From NCBI GenBank assembly GCA_965198325.1, contig CBDAPE010000019.1, positions 335,063-399,062 on the forward strand: 64,000 nt of DNA. The letters are read 5' to 3'. A program made the position numbers and the translations under genes. Positions 39,131 to 49,385 of this stretch are shown piece by piece. The stretch's first letter is position 1. Each line of letters begins with the position of its first letter. Origin of the DNA: Alphaproteobacteria bacterium. Its GTDB lineage: Bacteria > Pseudomonadota > Alphaproteobacteria > UBA828 > JAPUJA01. A model generated the notes under the pieces. It was not told the DNA's origin, searched no databases, and saw nothing but the letters and a program-made list of their open reading frames with translations.

Positions 39131-40732
39131 TCAGGGCGCGGTCAGGTTCGCGCGAAAGAGCATGTAGGTGATCGCGTCGTGGAGCGCGTTATAGGAGGCG
39201 TCGATGACGTTGGCGGAGACACCGACCGTCGACCACCGCTCGCCCGCCTCGTCCGCGCTTTCGATCAGCACCCGGATAAGCGCCTCGGAGCCCTCCTGGG
39301 GGGTGAGAATCCGCACTTTGTAGTCGACCAGGCGCATGCGCTCCAGCATGGGATAGGCCTTAGCCAGCGCCTTGCGGAGCGCGTTATCCAAGGCGTTGAC
39401 CGGACCATTGCCTTCCGCGACGGTCATGATCCGGTCCGCGCCGACTTCGATCTTGATGGTTGCCTCGGACAGCGTGATCAACTCGCCCCGGGCATTGTAG
39501 CGGCGCTCATCGAGCACCCGGAAGCTGTCGAGCTTGAAGTAATCGGGCACGGAATCGAGCTCACGGTGAGCCAGGAGCTCGAAGCTCGCCTCGGAGCCGT
39601 CGTAGGAATAACCCGCGAACTCGCGCGCCTTGATCTGCTCGATGAGGCGGCCAAGCAGGTCTTCGGGCTGCGGTACGGGAAAGCCGGCTTCCGAAAGGCG
39701 CGCCAGCACGTTGGCGCGGCCCGCCTGATCGGAGATCACCAATTGGCGCTCGTTGCCGACCCGGGCGGGGTCGATATGCTCGTAGGACCCGGGATCCTTG
39801 GCGACCGCCGAGACGTGCAAGCCGCCCTTGTGGGCGAAGGCGGAGTCACCGACGTAGGGTGCGTGGCGATAGGGCGCACGGTTGAGCAGCTCATCGACCA
39901 GACGGGAGACCCGGGTGAGCCGCTCGAGCGCCTCCTCGGAGACGCCGGTCTCGTAACCTGATTTGAGCATGAGGGTGGGGATCAGGGTCGTGAGGTTCGC
40001 GTTGCCGCAGCGCTCGCCCAGGCCGTTGAAGGTGCCCTGGATTTGGCGCACACCGGCCTTCACGGCGGCCAGGCTGTTGGCCACCGCGGTGCCCGTGTCG
40101 TTGTGGCAGTGGATGCCGAGCTCGTCGCCGGGGATCCTGTCGGCCACCGCGGCAACGATCCGCTCGATCTCGTCGGGCAAGGTGCCGCCGTTGGTATCGC
40201 ACAGCACGACCCAGCTGGCTCCCGCCTCGCGCGCGGCTTCAGCACAGGCCAGGGCATAGCCGGGATCGGCCTTGTAACCGTCGAAGAAATGCTCCGCATC
40301 GAAGAGCAGCTCGGCGCCGCTCCCGACCACAGCGGCGGCACTGTCCCGGATCATGGTGAGGTTTTCGTCGAGCGTGGTTTCGAGCGCGACTCGGACGTGA
40401 AAATCCCAGCTTTTACCGACCATGCAGACCGCCGGCACGCCGGTTCCGGGAAGCGTTTGCAGACCGGGGTCGTTGTCCGTCGAGCGGCCCGAGCGCCGGG
40501 TCATGCCGAATGCGGTGAGCTTGGCGGACCCGAGCCGGGGCGGCTCTGCGAAGAAGGCGTCGTCGGTCGGGTTCGCGCCCGGCCAGCCGCCCTCGATATA
40601 GTCGATGCCGAGCCGGTCGAACTCGAGGGCAAGCAACGCCTTGTCGCCGGCAGTGAAATCGACGCCCCGGGTCTGCGCGCCGTCGCGCAGGGTGCTGTCG
40701 TAAAGGTAGACGCGCTTGCTCGCCGCCATCAC
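39131..40732 (-). CDS. cimA: citramalate synthase / LeuA-family 2-isopropylmalate synthase homologue
   Basis: 533 aa. DRE-TIM metallolyase N-terminus (LYDSTLRDGAQ). Matches the ~530-aa CimA type. Confidence 0.85.
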   Translation of the reverse strand: MMAASKRVYLYDSTLRDGAQTRGVDFTAGDKALLALEFDRLGIDYIEGGWPGANPTDDAFFAEPPRLGSAKLTAFGMTRRSGRSTDNDPGLQTLPGTGVPAVCMVGKSWDFHVRVALETTLDENLTMIRDSAAAVVGSGAELLFDAEHFFDGYKADPGYALACAEAAREAGASWVVLCDTNGGTLPDEIERIVAAVADRIPGDELGIHCHNDTGTAVANSLAAVKAGVRQIQGTFNGLGERCGNANLTTLIPTLMLKSGYETGVSEEALERLTRVSRLVDELLNRAPYRHAPYVGDSAFAHKGGLHVSAVAKDPGSYEHIDPARVGNERQLVISDQAGRANVLARLSEAGFPVPQPEDLLGRLIEQIKAREFAGYSYDGSEASFELLAHRELDSVPDYFKLDSFRVLDERRYNARGELITLSEATIKIEVGADRIMTVAEGNGPVNALDNALRKALAKAYPMLERMRLVDYKVRILTPQEGSEALIRVLIESADEAGERWSTVGVSANVIDASYNALHDAITYMLFRANLTAP

Positions 40733-42117
40733 GCGCGCCTCCAGCTGGTCCCGTCGGGTCCGTCCTCGAGCAGGATGCCGCGGGCTGCAAGGTCGTCACG
40801 GATCCGGTCGGCAATCGCAAATTCCTTGGCCTGGCGGGCGTTGAGACGCTCATCGATCAAACCCTGGATTTCCGCTTCCGAGAGTCCGTCGGCGCGAGGA
40901 GATTGCCGGGTAAACCAATCGTGTGGATCGTCCGTCAACAGACCCATAAAACGCGCGCTGGCGAGAAGGTTTCGTTTTGCCTCAAGGTCTTGAGGCCCCG
41001 CCTCCGCCTTGCTTTCGTTATGAAGACGATCCAGAACCGTAAGTGCTCTCGGGGTGTTCAGATCATCCTCCAAAGCCTCGATCAGATCGCCTGAAATTTG
41101 TAAATCCTCACCCTCCCGGTTCTCTGGGGTCTCGTCCAACGCATCGACCGCGCGATACCAGCGATCGAGCTTTTTCTTCGCGTCCGCCAGACCCTCTCGC
41201 GTGAAATCGAGCGGGTGGCGGTAATGGGTCGCAAGCAATAGGAAGCGGACCGCCTCGCCGGGTACGCCCTCGTCCAGCAGCTCGCGGACGGTGATGAAAT
41301 TGCCCAAGGACTTCGACATCTTTTCGCCCTCGACCGAGAGAAAGCCGTTATGCATCCAGTAGCGCACGAAGGGGTGGCCGTGAGCGCATTCGCTCTGGGC
41401 GATCTCGTTCTCGTGGTGGGGAAAGATGAGGTCGGAGCCGCCGCCATGAATGTCGAATTCATCGCCCAGATGAAATTGGCTCATCGCCGAGCATTCGAGA
41501 TGCCACCCGGGCCGCCCGAAGCCCCATGGGCTGTCCCAGCCCGGCGCGTCCGAATCGGACGGTTTCCACAGCACGAAATCCGCCGCATCCTTTTTGTAGG
41601 GCGCGACCTCGATCCGGGCGCCGGCGATCAGTTCGTCGCGGTTGCGCCCCGAGAGCTTGCCGTAATCGGCCATGCCGGGAACGTGAAAGAGGACATGGCC
41701 GTCGGCGGCGTAGGCATGGCCTGTCTCGACGAGCCTTTCGACTAGAGCGATCATCTGGGGAATGTGGCCGGTCGCCCGGGGCTCGATATCGGGCGGGAGC
41801 GTGCCGAGCTCAGCCATGTCGTCATGAAACATTTTCGTCGTGCGCTCGGTCAACGCCGCGATGGGCTCGCTGTTTTCCTTCGCCGCCGCATTGATCTTGT
41901 CGTCGACGTCCGTGATGTTGCGCGCGTAGGTGACCTTGGGGTAGAGCCGCTTGAGCAGGCGGTAGAGCACGTCGAACACCACGACCGGTCGCGCATTTCC
42001 GATATGGGCGCAGTCGTAAACCGTCGGACCGCAGACATAGAAGCGGATGTGGCCCGGATCGAGAGGTTCGAAGGGCTCCTTGCGGCGGCTCTGGGTGTTG
42101 TGGATCACGAGGCTCAC
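40729..42117 (-). CDS. cysS: cysteinyl-tRNA synthetase
   Basis: 462 aa. HIGNARP (HIGH) and KMSKSLGN motifs. Confidence 0.95.
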   Translation of the reverse strand: MSLVIHNTQSRRKEPFEPLDPGHIRFYVCGPTVYDCAHIGNARPVVVFDVLYRLLKRLYPKVTYARNITDVDDKINAAAKENSEPIAALTERTTKMFHDDMAELGTLPPDIEPRATGHIPQMIALVERLVETGHAYAADGHVLFHVPGMADYGKLSGRNRDELIAGARIEVAPYKKDAADFVLWKPSDSDAPGWDSPWGFGRPGWHLECSAMSQFHLGDEFDIHGGGSDLIFPHHENEIAQSECAHGHPFVRYWMHNGFLSVEGEKMSKSLGNFITVRELLDEGVPGEAVRFLLLATHYRHPLDFTREGLADAKKKLDRWYRAVDALDETPENREGEDLQISGDLIEALEDDLNTPRALTVLDRLHNESKAEAGPQDLEAKRNLLASARFMGLLTDDPHDWFTRQSPRADGLSEAEIQGLIDERLNARQAKEFAIADRIRDDLAARGILLEDGPDGTSWRRA

Positions 42118-42136
42118 GGGGATCGACGCTTTGCCG

Positions 42137-43477
42137 TCAGGCTGTCCGGCCGGACAGCCGGGCGAGCGCCCGGTCGCGGCCGATCACGGGTAGCAGATTC
42201 CGAAGCTCGGGTCCATTCTCGCTCGCGGTCAGCGCAAGGCGGAGGGGATGGTAGAGCGCCTTGCCCTTGCGCCCGGTCGCCTTGCCCAGCTTATGGGTCC
42301 AGTCGGTCCAGGTCGCCTCGCTCCAGCGGTCCTTGGGCAGCAGGCTCGCGGCAACGTCGAGAAAGTCGGGATCCTCGATGACCGGTTCGATTTCGCCCCG
42401 GCACACCCGCCACCAGCGCTCCACGTCGCCGAGGGTCCGCAAGTTACCCCGAACCGCCCGCCAGAAGGTCTCGTCGGCATCCGCGAGCTTCATCGCGACG
42501 AGGCGGTCGGCGACCTGCTCGAAGGAAATAGCGTGGAGGGTCTTGGCATTCAGCCGCCACAGCTCGTCGGGATCAAACTTCGGAGAAGATCGGGAAATTT
42601 TGGCGAAATCGAAGCCGGTGACGAGAGCGCTCAAGGCGCTTACCGGCATGATCGAATCCGATGTACCCACATGCGCGAGCAGGGCGACCAGCGCCAGCGG
42701 CTCGATGCCGTCTTCGCGCAGGCTCGCGAGACCGACCGAACCGAGCCGTTTCGACAAACTTTCGCCGTCGGGCCCGAGCATCAGGGGGATGTGGGCAAAG
42801 GCGGGCAAGTCACCGCCCAGCGCCTGGATGAGCTGAATCTGCACGGCCGTATTCGCGACGTGATCCTCCCCGCGCAGGACGTGGGTAACGGCGAATTCGA
42901 TCTCGTCGAGTGCAGAGGCGAGATGGTAGGTGGGCTTGCCATCATCGCGTCCGACAACGGGATCGCTCAACGAACTCGAGTCGACGGACGCCGAACCGCG
43001 GACCAGATCGATCCACTCGATCGGCCCCGCATCGAGCCGAAACCGCCAATGGGGCCTCCGGCCCTCGGACTCGAGCCTCGTCCGATCGTCGTCGGTCAAG
43101 GCCAGAGCAGCGCGGTCGTAGACCGGCGGTCGGCCCTTGGCGCGCGCGCGTTCGCGTTTTTCAGCCAACTCGTCGGCAGTCTCGTAGCAGGCGTAGATCC
43201 GGCCCTGCCCGCGGAGTTGCTCGAACGCCGCCGCGTAGGCGTCAAACCGCTCCGACTGACGTGAAACCTGGTTCCAGTCGATGCCCAGCCAGACGAGATC
43301 CTCCTTGATGGCATCGACGTAGCGCCCCTCCGAGCGTTCCCGATCGGTATCGTCGATCCGGAGGATGAAGCGACCCAGGGTCTTGCGCGCGAACAGCCAG
43401 TTCGCGAGCGCCATGCGGGCGTTGCCGACATGAAGACGTCCGGTCGGGCTCGGCGCGAATCGGACGACGACGCTCAT
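42137..43477 (-). CDS. gltX: glutamyl-tRNA synthetase
   Basis: 446 aa. FAPSPTGRLHVGNAR and KLSKR motifs. Confidence 0.9.
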   Translation of the reverse strand: MSVVVRFAPSPTGRLHVGNARMALANWLFARKTLGRFILRIDDTDRERSEGRYVDAIKEDLVWLGIDWNQVSRQSERFDAYAAAFEQLRGQGRIYACYETADELAEKRERARAKGRPPVYDRAALALTDDDRTRLESEGRRPHWRFRLDAGPIEWIDLVRGSASVDSSSLSDPVVGRDDGKPTYHLASALDEIEFAVTHVLRGEDHVANTAVQIQLIQALGGDLPAFAHIPLMLGPDGESLSKRLGSVGLASLREDGIEPLALVALLAHVGTSDSIMPVSALSALVTGFDFAKISRSSPKFDPDELWRLNAKTLHAISFEQVADRLVAMKLADADETFWRAVRGNLRTLGDVERWWRVCRGEIEPVIEDPDFLDVAASLLPKDRWSEATWTDWTHKLGKATGRKGKALYHPLRLALTASENGPELRNLLPVIGRDRALARLSGRTA

Positions 43478-45138
43478 TCGAAGCCTCGGAAGCGGTTGGT
43501 GATGGGGTAGCGGCGGTCCCGCCCGAACGAACGCCGGGTGAGCTTGACGCCAGGCGGCGCCTGACGCCGTTTGTATTCGGCACGGTCGAGCATGTGCCAG
43601 ACCCGATCGACGGTCTCCAGGGCATGACCCCGGGCGACGATGTCGGCAACGGGCATCTCTTCTTCGATCAGACAGCGCAGGATGTCGTCAAGCTCGTCAT
43701 AGGGCGGCAGGGTGTCCTGATCGGTCTGATCGGCGCGCAGCTCGGCCGATGGCGGGCGCGTGAGAATACGTTCGGGAATGACCCGCCCCTCGGGTCCCAG
43801 GAGCCCATCGGGCCGGTTCTGGTTGCGCCAATGGCAGAGCGCGTAAACGGTCGTCTTATAGACGTCCTTGAGCACCGAATAGCCGCCACACATGTCGCCG
43901 TACAGCGTGGCGTAGCCCACCGACATCTCGGACTTGTTGCCCGTGGACAGCACCATAGAGCCGAACTTGTTGGACAGCGCCATCAGGATCATGCCGCGCA
44001 CCCGGGCCTGAAGGTTTTCTTCGGTCTCGTCTGCGTCGCGCCCGGCGAAAAGCTCGGCCAGCATCTCGTCATAGGCCGCGAGGGCGGACCCGATCGGCAC
44101 GCTGTCTATGACCGCACCCAACAGGTTGGCGCATTCGGCGGCATCGTCGCGAGACATATCCGAGGTATAGACCGACGGCATCATGACGCAATGAACCCGG
44201 TCGGGACCCAATGCATCGGCGGCGACAACCGCGCTCAGCGCGGAATCGACGCCGCCCGACATGCCCACCAGAACGCCGGAGAAGCCGTTCTTCTCGACAT
44301 AGTCATGAAGACCCAGAACCATCGCCCGGTAGACCGATTCGAGCCCATCGGGCGACGCGGCGGTCTCTCCACTTTCGCATGCCCAGCCGCGGTCTCCGTC
44401 AGCGGACCAGCGGGTCACTCGGCAAGCCGCGACCCAGGGCGGCAGTTGGACGGCGAGCGTGCAGTCGGCGTTGAGGACAAAGGAGGTGCCGTCGAACACC
44501 AGCTCGTCCTGACCGCCGATCTGGTTGACATAGATCAACGGCAAATGGGCCTCGGTGATCCGTGCAATGGCAAGGTTCAGCCGGACGTCGCCCTTGTCGG
44601 ACTCGTAAGGCGAGCCGTTGAGCACCACGAGGATGTCCGCGCCGCACTCGTCGAGGCATTCGGTTACCTCGGCCGTCCACATATCCTCGCAGATCATGAC
44701 CCCGAACCGCACGCCCTTGAACGGAATCGGCCCGGGCAAGGGGCCGGGATCGAACACCCGCTTTTCGTCAAAGACGCCGTAGTTGGGGAGGTCGTGTTTG
44801 TCGCGCCGCTCGACGATGTGGCCTTCGGCGAGAAGCAGGGCTGCGTTGAACAGCTTGTCGTCCTCCCGCCAGGGCGCACCGATCAGCAGCGCCGGGCCGC
44901 CGTCGGCGGTCTCGGCGGCAAGCTGCTGCACGGCGGAACGGGCCGCATCCTGGAGCATGGGTTTGAGCACCAGGTCCTCGGGCGGGTAGCCGGTCACGAC
45001 AAGCTCGGAACAGATCACCAGATCGACGCTCTCCACCGCCGCTTCGGCGCGCACAGCCCGGATCTGCGCAAGGTTGGCGTCGATCGCGCCGACCGTCGGA
45101 TTGATCTGCGCAAGCGCTATCGCCAACGCTTCGGTCAT
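43474..45138 (-). CDS. nadE: glutamine-dependent NAD+ synthetase
   Basis: 554 aa. N-terminal CN-hydrolase domain plus C-terminal NAD synthetase (SGGVDS). Confidence 0.92.
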   Translation of the reverse strand: MTEALAIALAQINPTVGAIDANLAQIRAVRAEAAVESVDLVICSELVVTGYPPEDLVLKPMLQDAARSAVQQLAAETADGGPALLIGAPWREDDKLFNAALLLAEGHIVERRDKHDLPNYGVFDEKRVFDPGPLPGPIPFKGVRFGVMICEDMWTAEVTECLDECGADILVVLNGSPYESDKGDVRLNLAIARITEAHLPLIYVNQIGGQDELVFDGTSFVLNADCTLAVQLPPWVAACRVTRWSADGDRGWACESGETAASPDGLESVYRAMVLGLHDYVEKNGFSGVLVGMSGGVDSALSAVVAADALGPDRVHCVMMPSVYTSDMSRDDAAECANLLGAVIDSVPIGSALAAYDEMLAELFAGRDADETEENLQARVRGMILMALSNKFGSMVLSTGNKSEMSVGYATLYGDMCGGYSVLKDVYKTTVYALCHWRNQNRPDGLLGPEGRVIPERILTRPPSAELRADQTDQDTLPPYDELDDILRCLIEEEMPVADIVARGHALETVDRVWHMLDRAEYKRRQAPPGVKLTRRSFGRDRRYPITNRFRGFE

Positions 45139-45196
45139 GGCTCAAATCTCTGGGTTTTCCCGGTGGCCGGGACAGTAGGCCCGGCCCGAATCCCTG

Positions 45197-46351
45197 TCAA
45201 TCGGACTTGGCACCGTTACCCTTGCGGCGCTTCGTGTTGCGCAACAGGAACTCGCGGCCGACCTTGACCAGCGGCTCGCCATCGTAAGACACGATATCAG
45301 CGGTGGCGTAAGTCTCGGACCAGTTGTCGGGCAGGAACGAGCCGGTCCCGATTACGTCGACCGGAGCTTCAACGCTGCCCATCACCCGGCATTTCGCCGG
45401 GTTGAAACCCGAGCTTGCGACGATACGCGTCTTCTCGAAGCCGGCTTCGTCCAGCTTCTCGCGAACATGGAAGATCGCCGCCGCGGTCACGCCCGTACCG
45501 ACGAGCCAGCGCAATTCCTCTTCGTTACGATACTGGCGCACAGCCTCGCGACGATGGCGTTCGAGCACGTCATAGGACGTCGCCGTGTCGAGCCCCTCGA
45601 CGAAGCGCCCGCCGTGGGTATCAAGCCGCACGGCGAGCCGACCCTCGGCCGCCAGAGCCGGGAAATGGCGACACGCGTCGAGCGAATCCGTGACCTCGCG
45701 ACCGAAATAATCGACCAGCACGGTCATGTCGCCGCCAGGGAACGTCTCGTGATACATCTCGGCGGCGCGGAGCGTCGAACCGGCATAGCCGATCAGGGCA
45801 TGAGGCATGGTGCCCATGCCCCGCTCGTTGCCAAAGTAGTGGGCGGTCGCGTCCGTTGCATTGCCGATGAACCCGACCGCGCCCGACTCGCGCTGGGCCG
45901 CAGCGGAACCGACGCTCGCCGCGTAGGCCATGAGCTCGGCCATCTCGGAACCCGCGCAGTGACGCGCGTCCATAGCGAGAAACCCCACCTTGGGAAGATC
46001 CGTGCACATGCCGAAGACGTTGTAGGCGGCAACGCACGGCGGCCCGAGACGCTGCAGATAGAGAGTTTCGAGATCGACGAGCTCGTAGAGCGGACCGGAG
46101 ATATAGGCGAGGGGCTCGCCAGCACCGGCCCAGTCGCCTTCGCTGAAACACAAGTCGACATCGATCGGCGCACCGCGCTCTTCAGCGACCCGCGCTAGCC
46201 ACTCGACCATGAGCCTGGGCGCGAAGCGTACCGGACGGCGCATGAAGATGGCGTAGCTGACTTGTTTGTCACCGAAACGCCCGACGGTCTCGCGGGTCTT
46301 GCTGAAATAGCGATCGGTGAATTTGTCGATGTCTTGAGGTGTTGGCGTCAT
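45197..46351 (-). CDS. pncB: nicotinate phosphoribosyltransferase family protein
   Basis: 384 aa NAPRTase-like. Adjacent to nadE. Confidence 0.8.
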   Translation of the reverse strand: MTPTPQDIDKFTDRYFSKTRETVGRFGDKQVSYAIFMRRPVRFAPRLMVEWLARVAEERGAPIDVDLCFSEGDWAGAGEPLAYISGPLYELVDLETLYLQRLGPPCVAAYNVFGMCTDLPKVGFLAMDARHCAGSEMAELMAYAASVGSAAAQRESGAVGFIGNATDATAHYFGNERGMGTMPHALIGYAGSTLRAAEMYHETFPGGDMTVLVDYFGREVTDSLDACRHFPALAAEGRLAVRLDTHGGRFVEGLDTATSYDVLERHRREAVRQYRNEEELRWLVGTGVTAAAIFHVREKLDEAGFEKTRIVASSGFNPAKCRVMGSVEAPVDVIGTGSFLPDNWSETYATADIVSYDGEPLVKVGREFLLRNTKRRKGNGAKSD

Positions 46352-46408
46352 GGGCTTGTTCGCTCGACCGAATTCTAGCGCCGCGTCAACTTCCCGGGGC
46401 TCGATGGC

Positions 46409-47809
46409 TCAAGAAGCAGCGCGCTCGCGCCTGTCTTCGTCGGCGCGTTCTTTCTTGAGCGCCTCGGCGATCAGGAACGCGAGTTCAAGGCTCTGGGAAC
46501 CGTTCAGACGCGGGTCACAGTGGGTATGGTAACGATCCGCGAGGCCGTCTTCGGTGATTGCCTGGGCACCACCGACGCATTCGGTAACGTCCTGTCCGGT
46601 CATTTCGAAATGGACACCGCCGGCGTGGGTGCCCTCCGCGCGATGAACTGCGAAAAAGCCCCTTACTTCGGCCAAAATGCGGTCGAACTGGCGAGTCTTG
46701 TAGCCGCTCGAGGCCTTGACAGTGTTGCCGTGCATCGGGTCGCAGGCCCATACGACGTTGCGTCCCTCGGCCTCTACCGCCCGGATCAGCGCGGGCAGCA
46801 GCGCTTCGACTCGGTCGGCGCCGAAGCGGCAGATCACGGTGAGCTTGCCGGCCTCATTGGACGGGTCGAGGATGTCAATGAGGCGAAGCAGCTCGTCCGG
46901 TGTCATGCTAGGCCCGGCCTTCAGCCCGACCGGATTGCCGACGCCGCGAAGAAACTCCACGTGGGCGCCATCGGTCTGGCGCGTCCGATCTCCAACCCAG
47001 AGCATATGCGCCGAGCAGTCATACCAGTCGCCGGTCGTCGAATCGACGCGAGTCAGGGCCTCTTCGTACTGAAGCAGAAGCGCCTCGTGAGAGGTGTAGA
47101 ACTCGGTTTCGCGGATCTGGAGCGTGGTTTCGGAGGTCAGGCCGCAGGCAGCCATGAAATTCAGCGTTTCGGACAGCCGGTCGGCGAGATCGGCATATTC
47201 GGCGCCCTGCGGGCTGCGTGCGACGAAGCCCAGATTCCAGCGGTGCACCTCGTGAAGATCGGCGTAGCCGCCCTGGGAAAAGGCTCTCAGCAAGTTGAGC
47301 GTGGACGCCGATTGGGCGTAGCCGCGGAGCAGGCGCGCCGGATCAGGCTCGCGGGCCTCCGCGGTAAAGTCCATCGCGTTGACCATATCGCCCCGGTAGG
47401 CAGGAAACGTGACGCCGTCGCGCTCTTCCGTGTCGGCCGACCGGGGCTTTGCGAACTGACCGGCAAGACGACCCACCTTGACCACCGGACAAGCCGCGCC
47501 GAAGGTCAGCACGATCGCCATCTGAAGCAGAACCCGGAAGGTGTCCCGAATATTGTCGGCGTTGAATTCGGCAAAGCTCTCCGCACAGTCGCCGCCCTGG
47601 AGCAGGAACGCGTCGCCGGCCGCGACCTGGGCGAGCCGCGCGCGCAGACGCCGGGCCTCGCCCGCAAAAACGAGCGGCGGCGAGCCACGCAACTCGACCT
47701 CAACCGCGTTGAGACGACCAGCCGGCCATTCGGGCTGCTGCTTGATCGGGCGCGCACGCCAGCGATCCGGACTCCATTTGCCCGTCGACGATGAAGCATT
47801 CCTAGACAT
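46409..47809 (-). CDS. class II 3-deoxy-7-phosphoheptulonate (DAHP) synthase
   Basis: Start [29 protein letters not shown] (class II N-terminus). About 466 aa. Confidence 0.88.
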   Translation of the reverse strand: MSRNASSSTGKWSPDRWRARPIKQQPEWPAGRLNAVEVELRGSPPLVFAGEARRLRARLAQVAAGDAFLLQGGDCAESFAEFNADNIRDTFRVLLQMAIVLTFGAACPVVKVGRLAGQFAKPRSADTEERDGVTFPAYRGDMVNAMDFTAEAREPDPARLLRGYAQSASTLNLLRAFSQGGYADLHEVHRWNLGFVARSPQGAEYADLADRLSETLNFMAACGLTSETTLQIRETEFYTSHEALLLQYEEALTRVDSTTGDWYDCSAHMLWVGDRTRQTDGAHVEFLRGVGNPVGLKAGPSMTPDELLRLIDILDPSNEAGKLTVICRFGADRVEALLPALIRAVEAEGRNVVWACDPMHGNTVKASSGYKTRQFDRILAEVRGFFAVHRAEGTHAGGVHFEMTGQDVTECVGGAQAITEDGLADRYHTHCDPRLNGSQSLELAFLIAEALKKERADEDRRERAAS

Positions 47810-47848
47810 GGCGACTGGATATACGCTCAAACGACCGATTTTTCCAGC

Positions 47849-49213
47849 TTATTCCGAGACTTGCAGGACCGGCTCGTAGAGCGTAACGAACTCTTCCGCC
47901 GAGGTCGGATGGATCGCCATGGTGGCGTCGAACTGGGTCTTGGTGACCCCCGCCTTCACACAAATTCCCAGGATCTGCACAACCTCGCCCGCACTCGGCC
48001 CCAGCATGTGACAGCCGACGACCCGATCGCTTTTCGCATCCACGATCAGTTTCATCAGGACCTTCTCGACCCGTTTCGTGATCGTGTGCTTGAGGGGTCG
48101 GAAGCGGGTCCGGAAGATCGTTATATCGCCGAATTCGGCCCGGGCCTCAGCCTCGGTCATGCCCACGGTTCCCATCTCGGGCTGGGTGAACACCGCAGTG
48201 GGAACATCGCGATGATCGGGCATCTGGGCATTGTCGTTATAGAGTGTATCCGCCAGACACCGGCCCTCGTGGATCGCGACGGGTGTGAGATTGATCCGGT
48301 CGGTGCAGTCCCCAATGGCATAGATGTTCGGAATGTTGGTGCGCGACCACTGATCGACGACGACCGCGCCCATCCTGTTGAGTTCGACGCCGGCCTCGAC
48401 CAGCCCGATCCCATGGGTATTGGGCGCCCGGCCGGTCGCGAACATGATCTGATCGGCCTCGATGGACTCGCTCCGGGTGGTCTGCGCGATCAGCCGTTCG
48501 CCGGACTTCTCGATCGCTTCCACATTATCCTCGAAACGAAGGTCGATGCCCTTGAGACGCATCTCCTCTGCGAGACAGGTCCGCAGATCGTCGTCAAAAC
48601 CGCGCAGGAACATCTCGCCCCGGTAGAGCTGGACCGTCTCGACGCCCAAGCCGTTCAAGATGCCTGCAAATTCGCAGGCGATATAGCCGCCACCCACGAT
48701 AACGATCTTGTCTGGCTTTTCGGGCAACAAGAATGCCTCGTTCGAGGTGATCGCGTGTTCGGCGCCTGGAATCCCGGGCACGACGGGCCAGCCGCCGGTC
48801 GCAATCCAAATCGTCTCGGCAGTATAGGTTTCGCCCCCGACTCGCACCGTGTGGTTATCGACGAGGGCGCCGTGCTCGGGCAGATAGGTGACGTCCGCCC
48901 CCTCTAGCAAGCCGTCATAGATTCCGTTCAGGCGATCGAGCTCGGCATTGACGTTGGCCATCAAGGTGGACCAGTCGTGGCGCGTCTCGCCGACAGTCCA
49001 GCCGTAGTTTTGGGCGTCCTCGAACTCCTCGTGGAAGTGCGAGGCATAGACAAGCATCTTCTTGGGAATGCAGCCCCGGTTTACACAGGTGCCGCCGATG
49101 CGACTTTCCTCGCAGATCGCGACCCGCGCGCCGTATCCGCCCGCGCGGCGCCCGCCCGCAACCCCAGCGGAGCCCGCCCCCATGACGAAGAGGTCGAAGT
49201 CGAAGCCTGCCAC
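47849..49213 (-). CDS. gor: glutathione-disulfide reductase
   Basis: 454 aa. FAD motif GAGSAG; redox disulfide GGTCVNRGCIPKK. Confidence 0.88.
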   Translation of the reverse strand: MAGFDFDLFVMGAGSAGVAGGRRAGGYGARVAICEESRIGGTCVNRGCIPKKMLVYASHFHEEFEDAQNYGWTVGETRHDWSTLMANVNAELDRLNGIYDGLLEGADVTYLPEHGALVDNHTVRVGGETYTAETIWIATGGWPVVPGIPGAEHAITSNEAFLLPEKPDKIVIVGGGYIACEFAGILNGLGVETVQLYRGEMFLRGFDDDLRTCLAEEMRLKGIDLRFEDNVEAIEKSGERLIAQTTRSESIEADQIMFATGRAPNTHGIGLVEAGVELNRMGAVVVDQWSRTNIPNIYAIGDCTDRINLTPVAIHEGRCLADTLYNDNAQMPDHRDVPTAVFTQPEMGTVGMTEAEARAEFGDITIFRTRFRPLKHTITKRVEKVLMKLIVDAKSDRVVGCHMLGPSAGEVVQILGICVKAGVTKTQFDATMAIHPTSAEEFVTLYEPVLQVSE

Positions 49214-49385
49214 GGGGTTCCTCTAGGTCATCACAAGCCCACCGTTATCTCCAACGGTGGGCGGCATTCAATCGCCACGGGATAATTCAACGCGCTCAGG
49301 TGCCACGCGGGCTGCTGCCGCAGAGGCAGCGTCGCGCGGTCACGGTCCGGCGTCAATGGACGGTTCCACTCGTTCTAGCGATCAC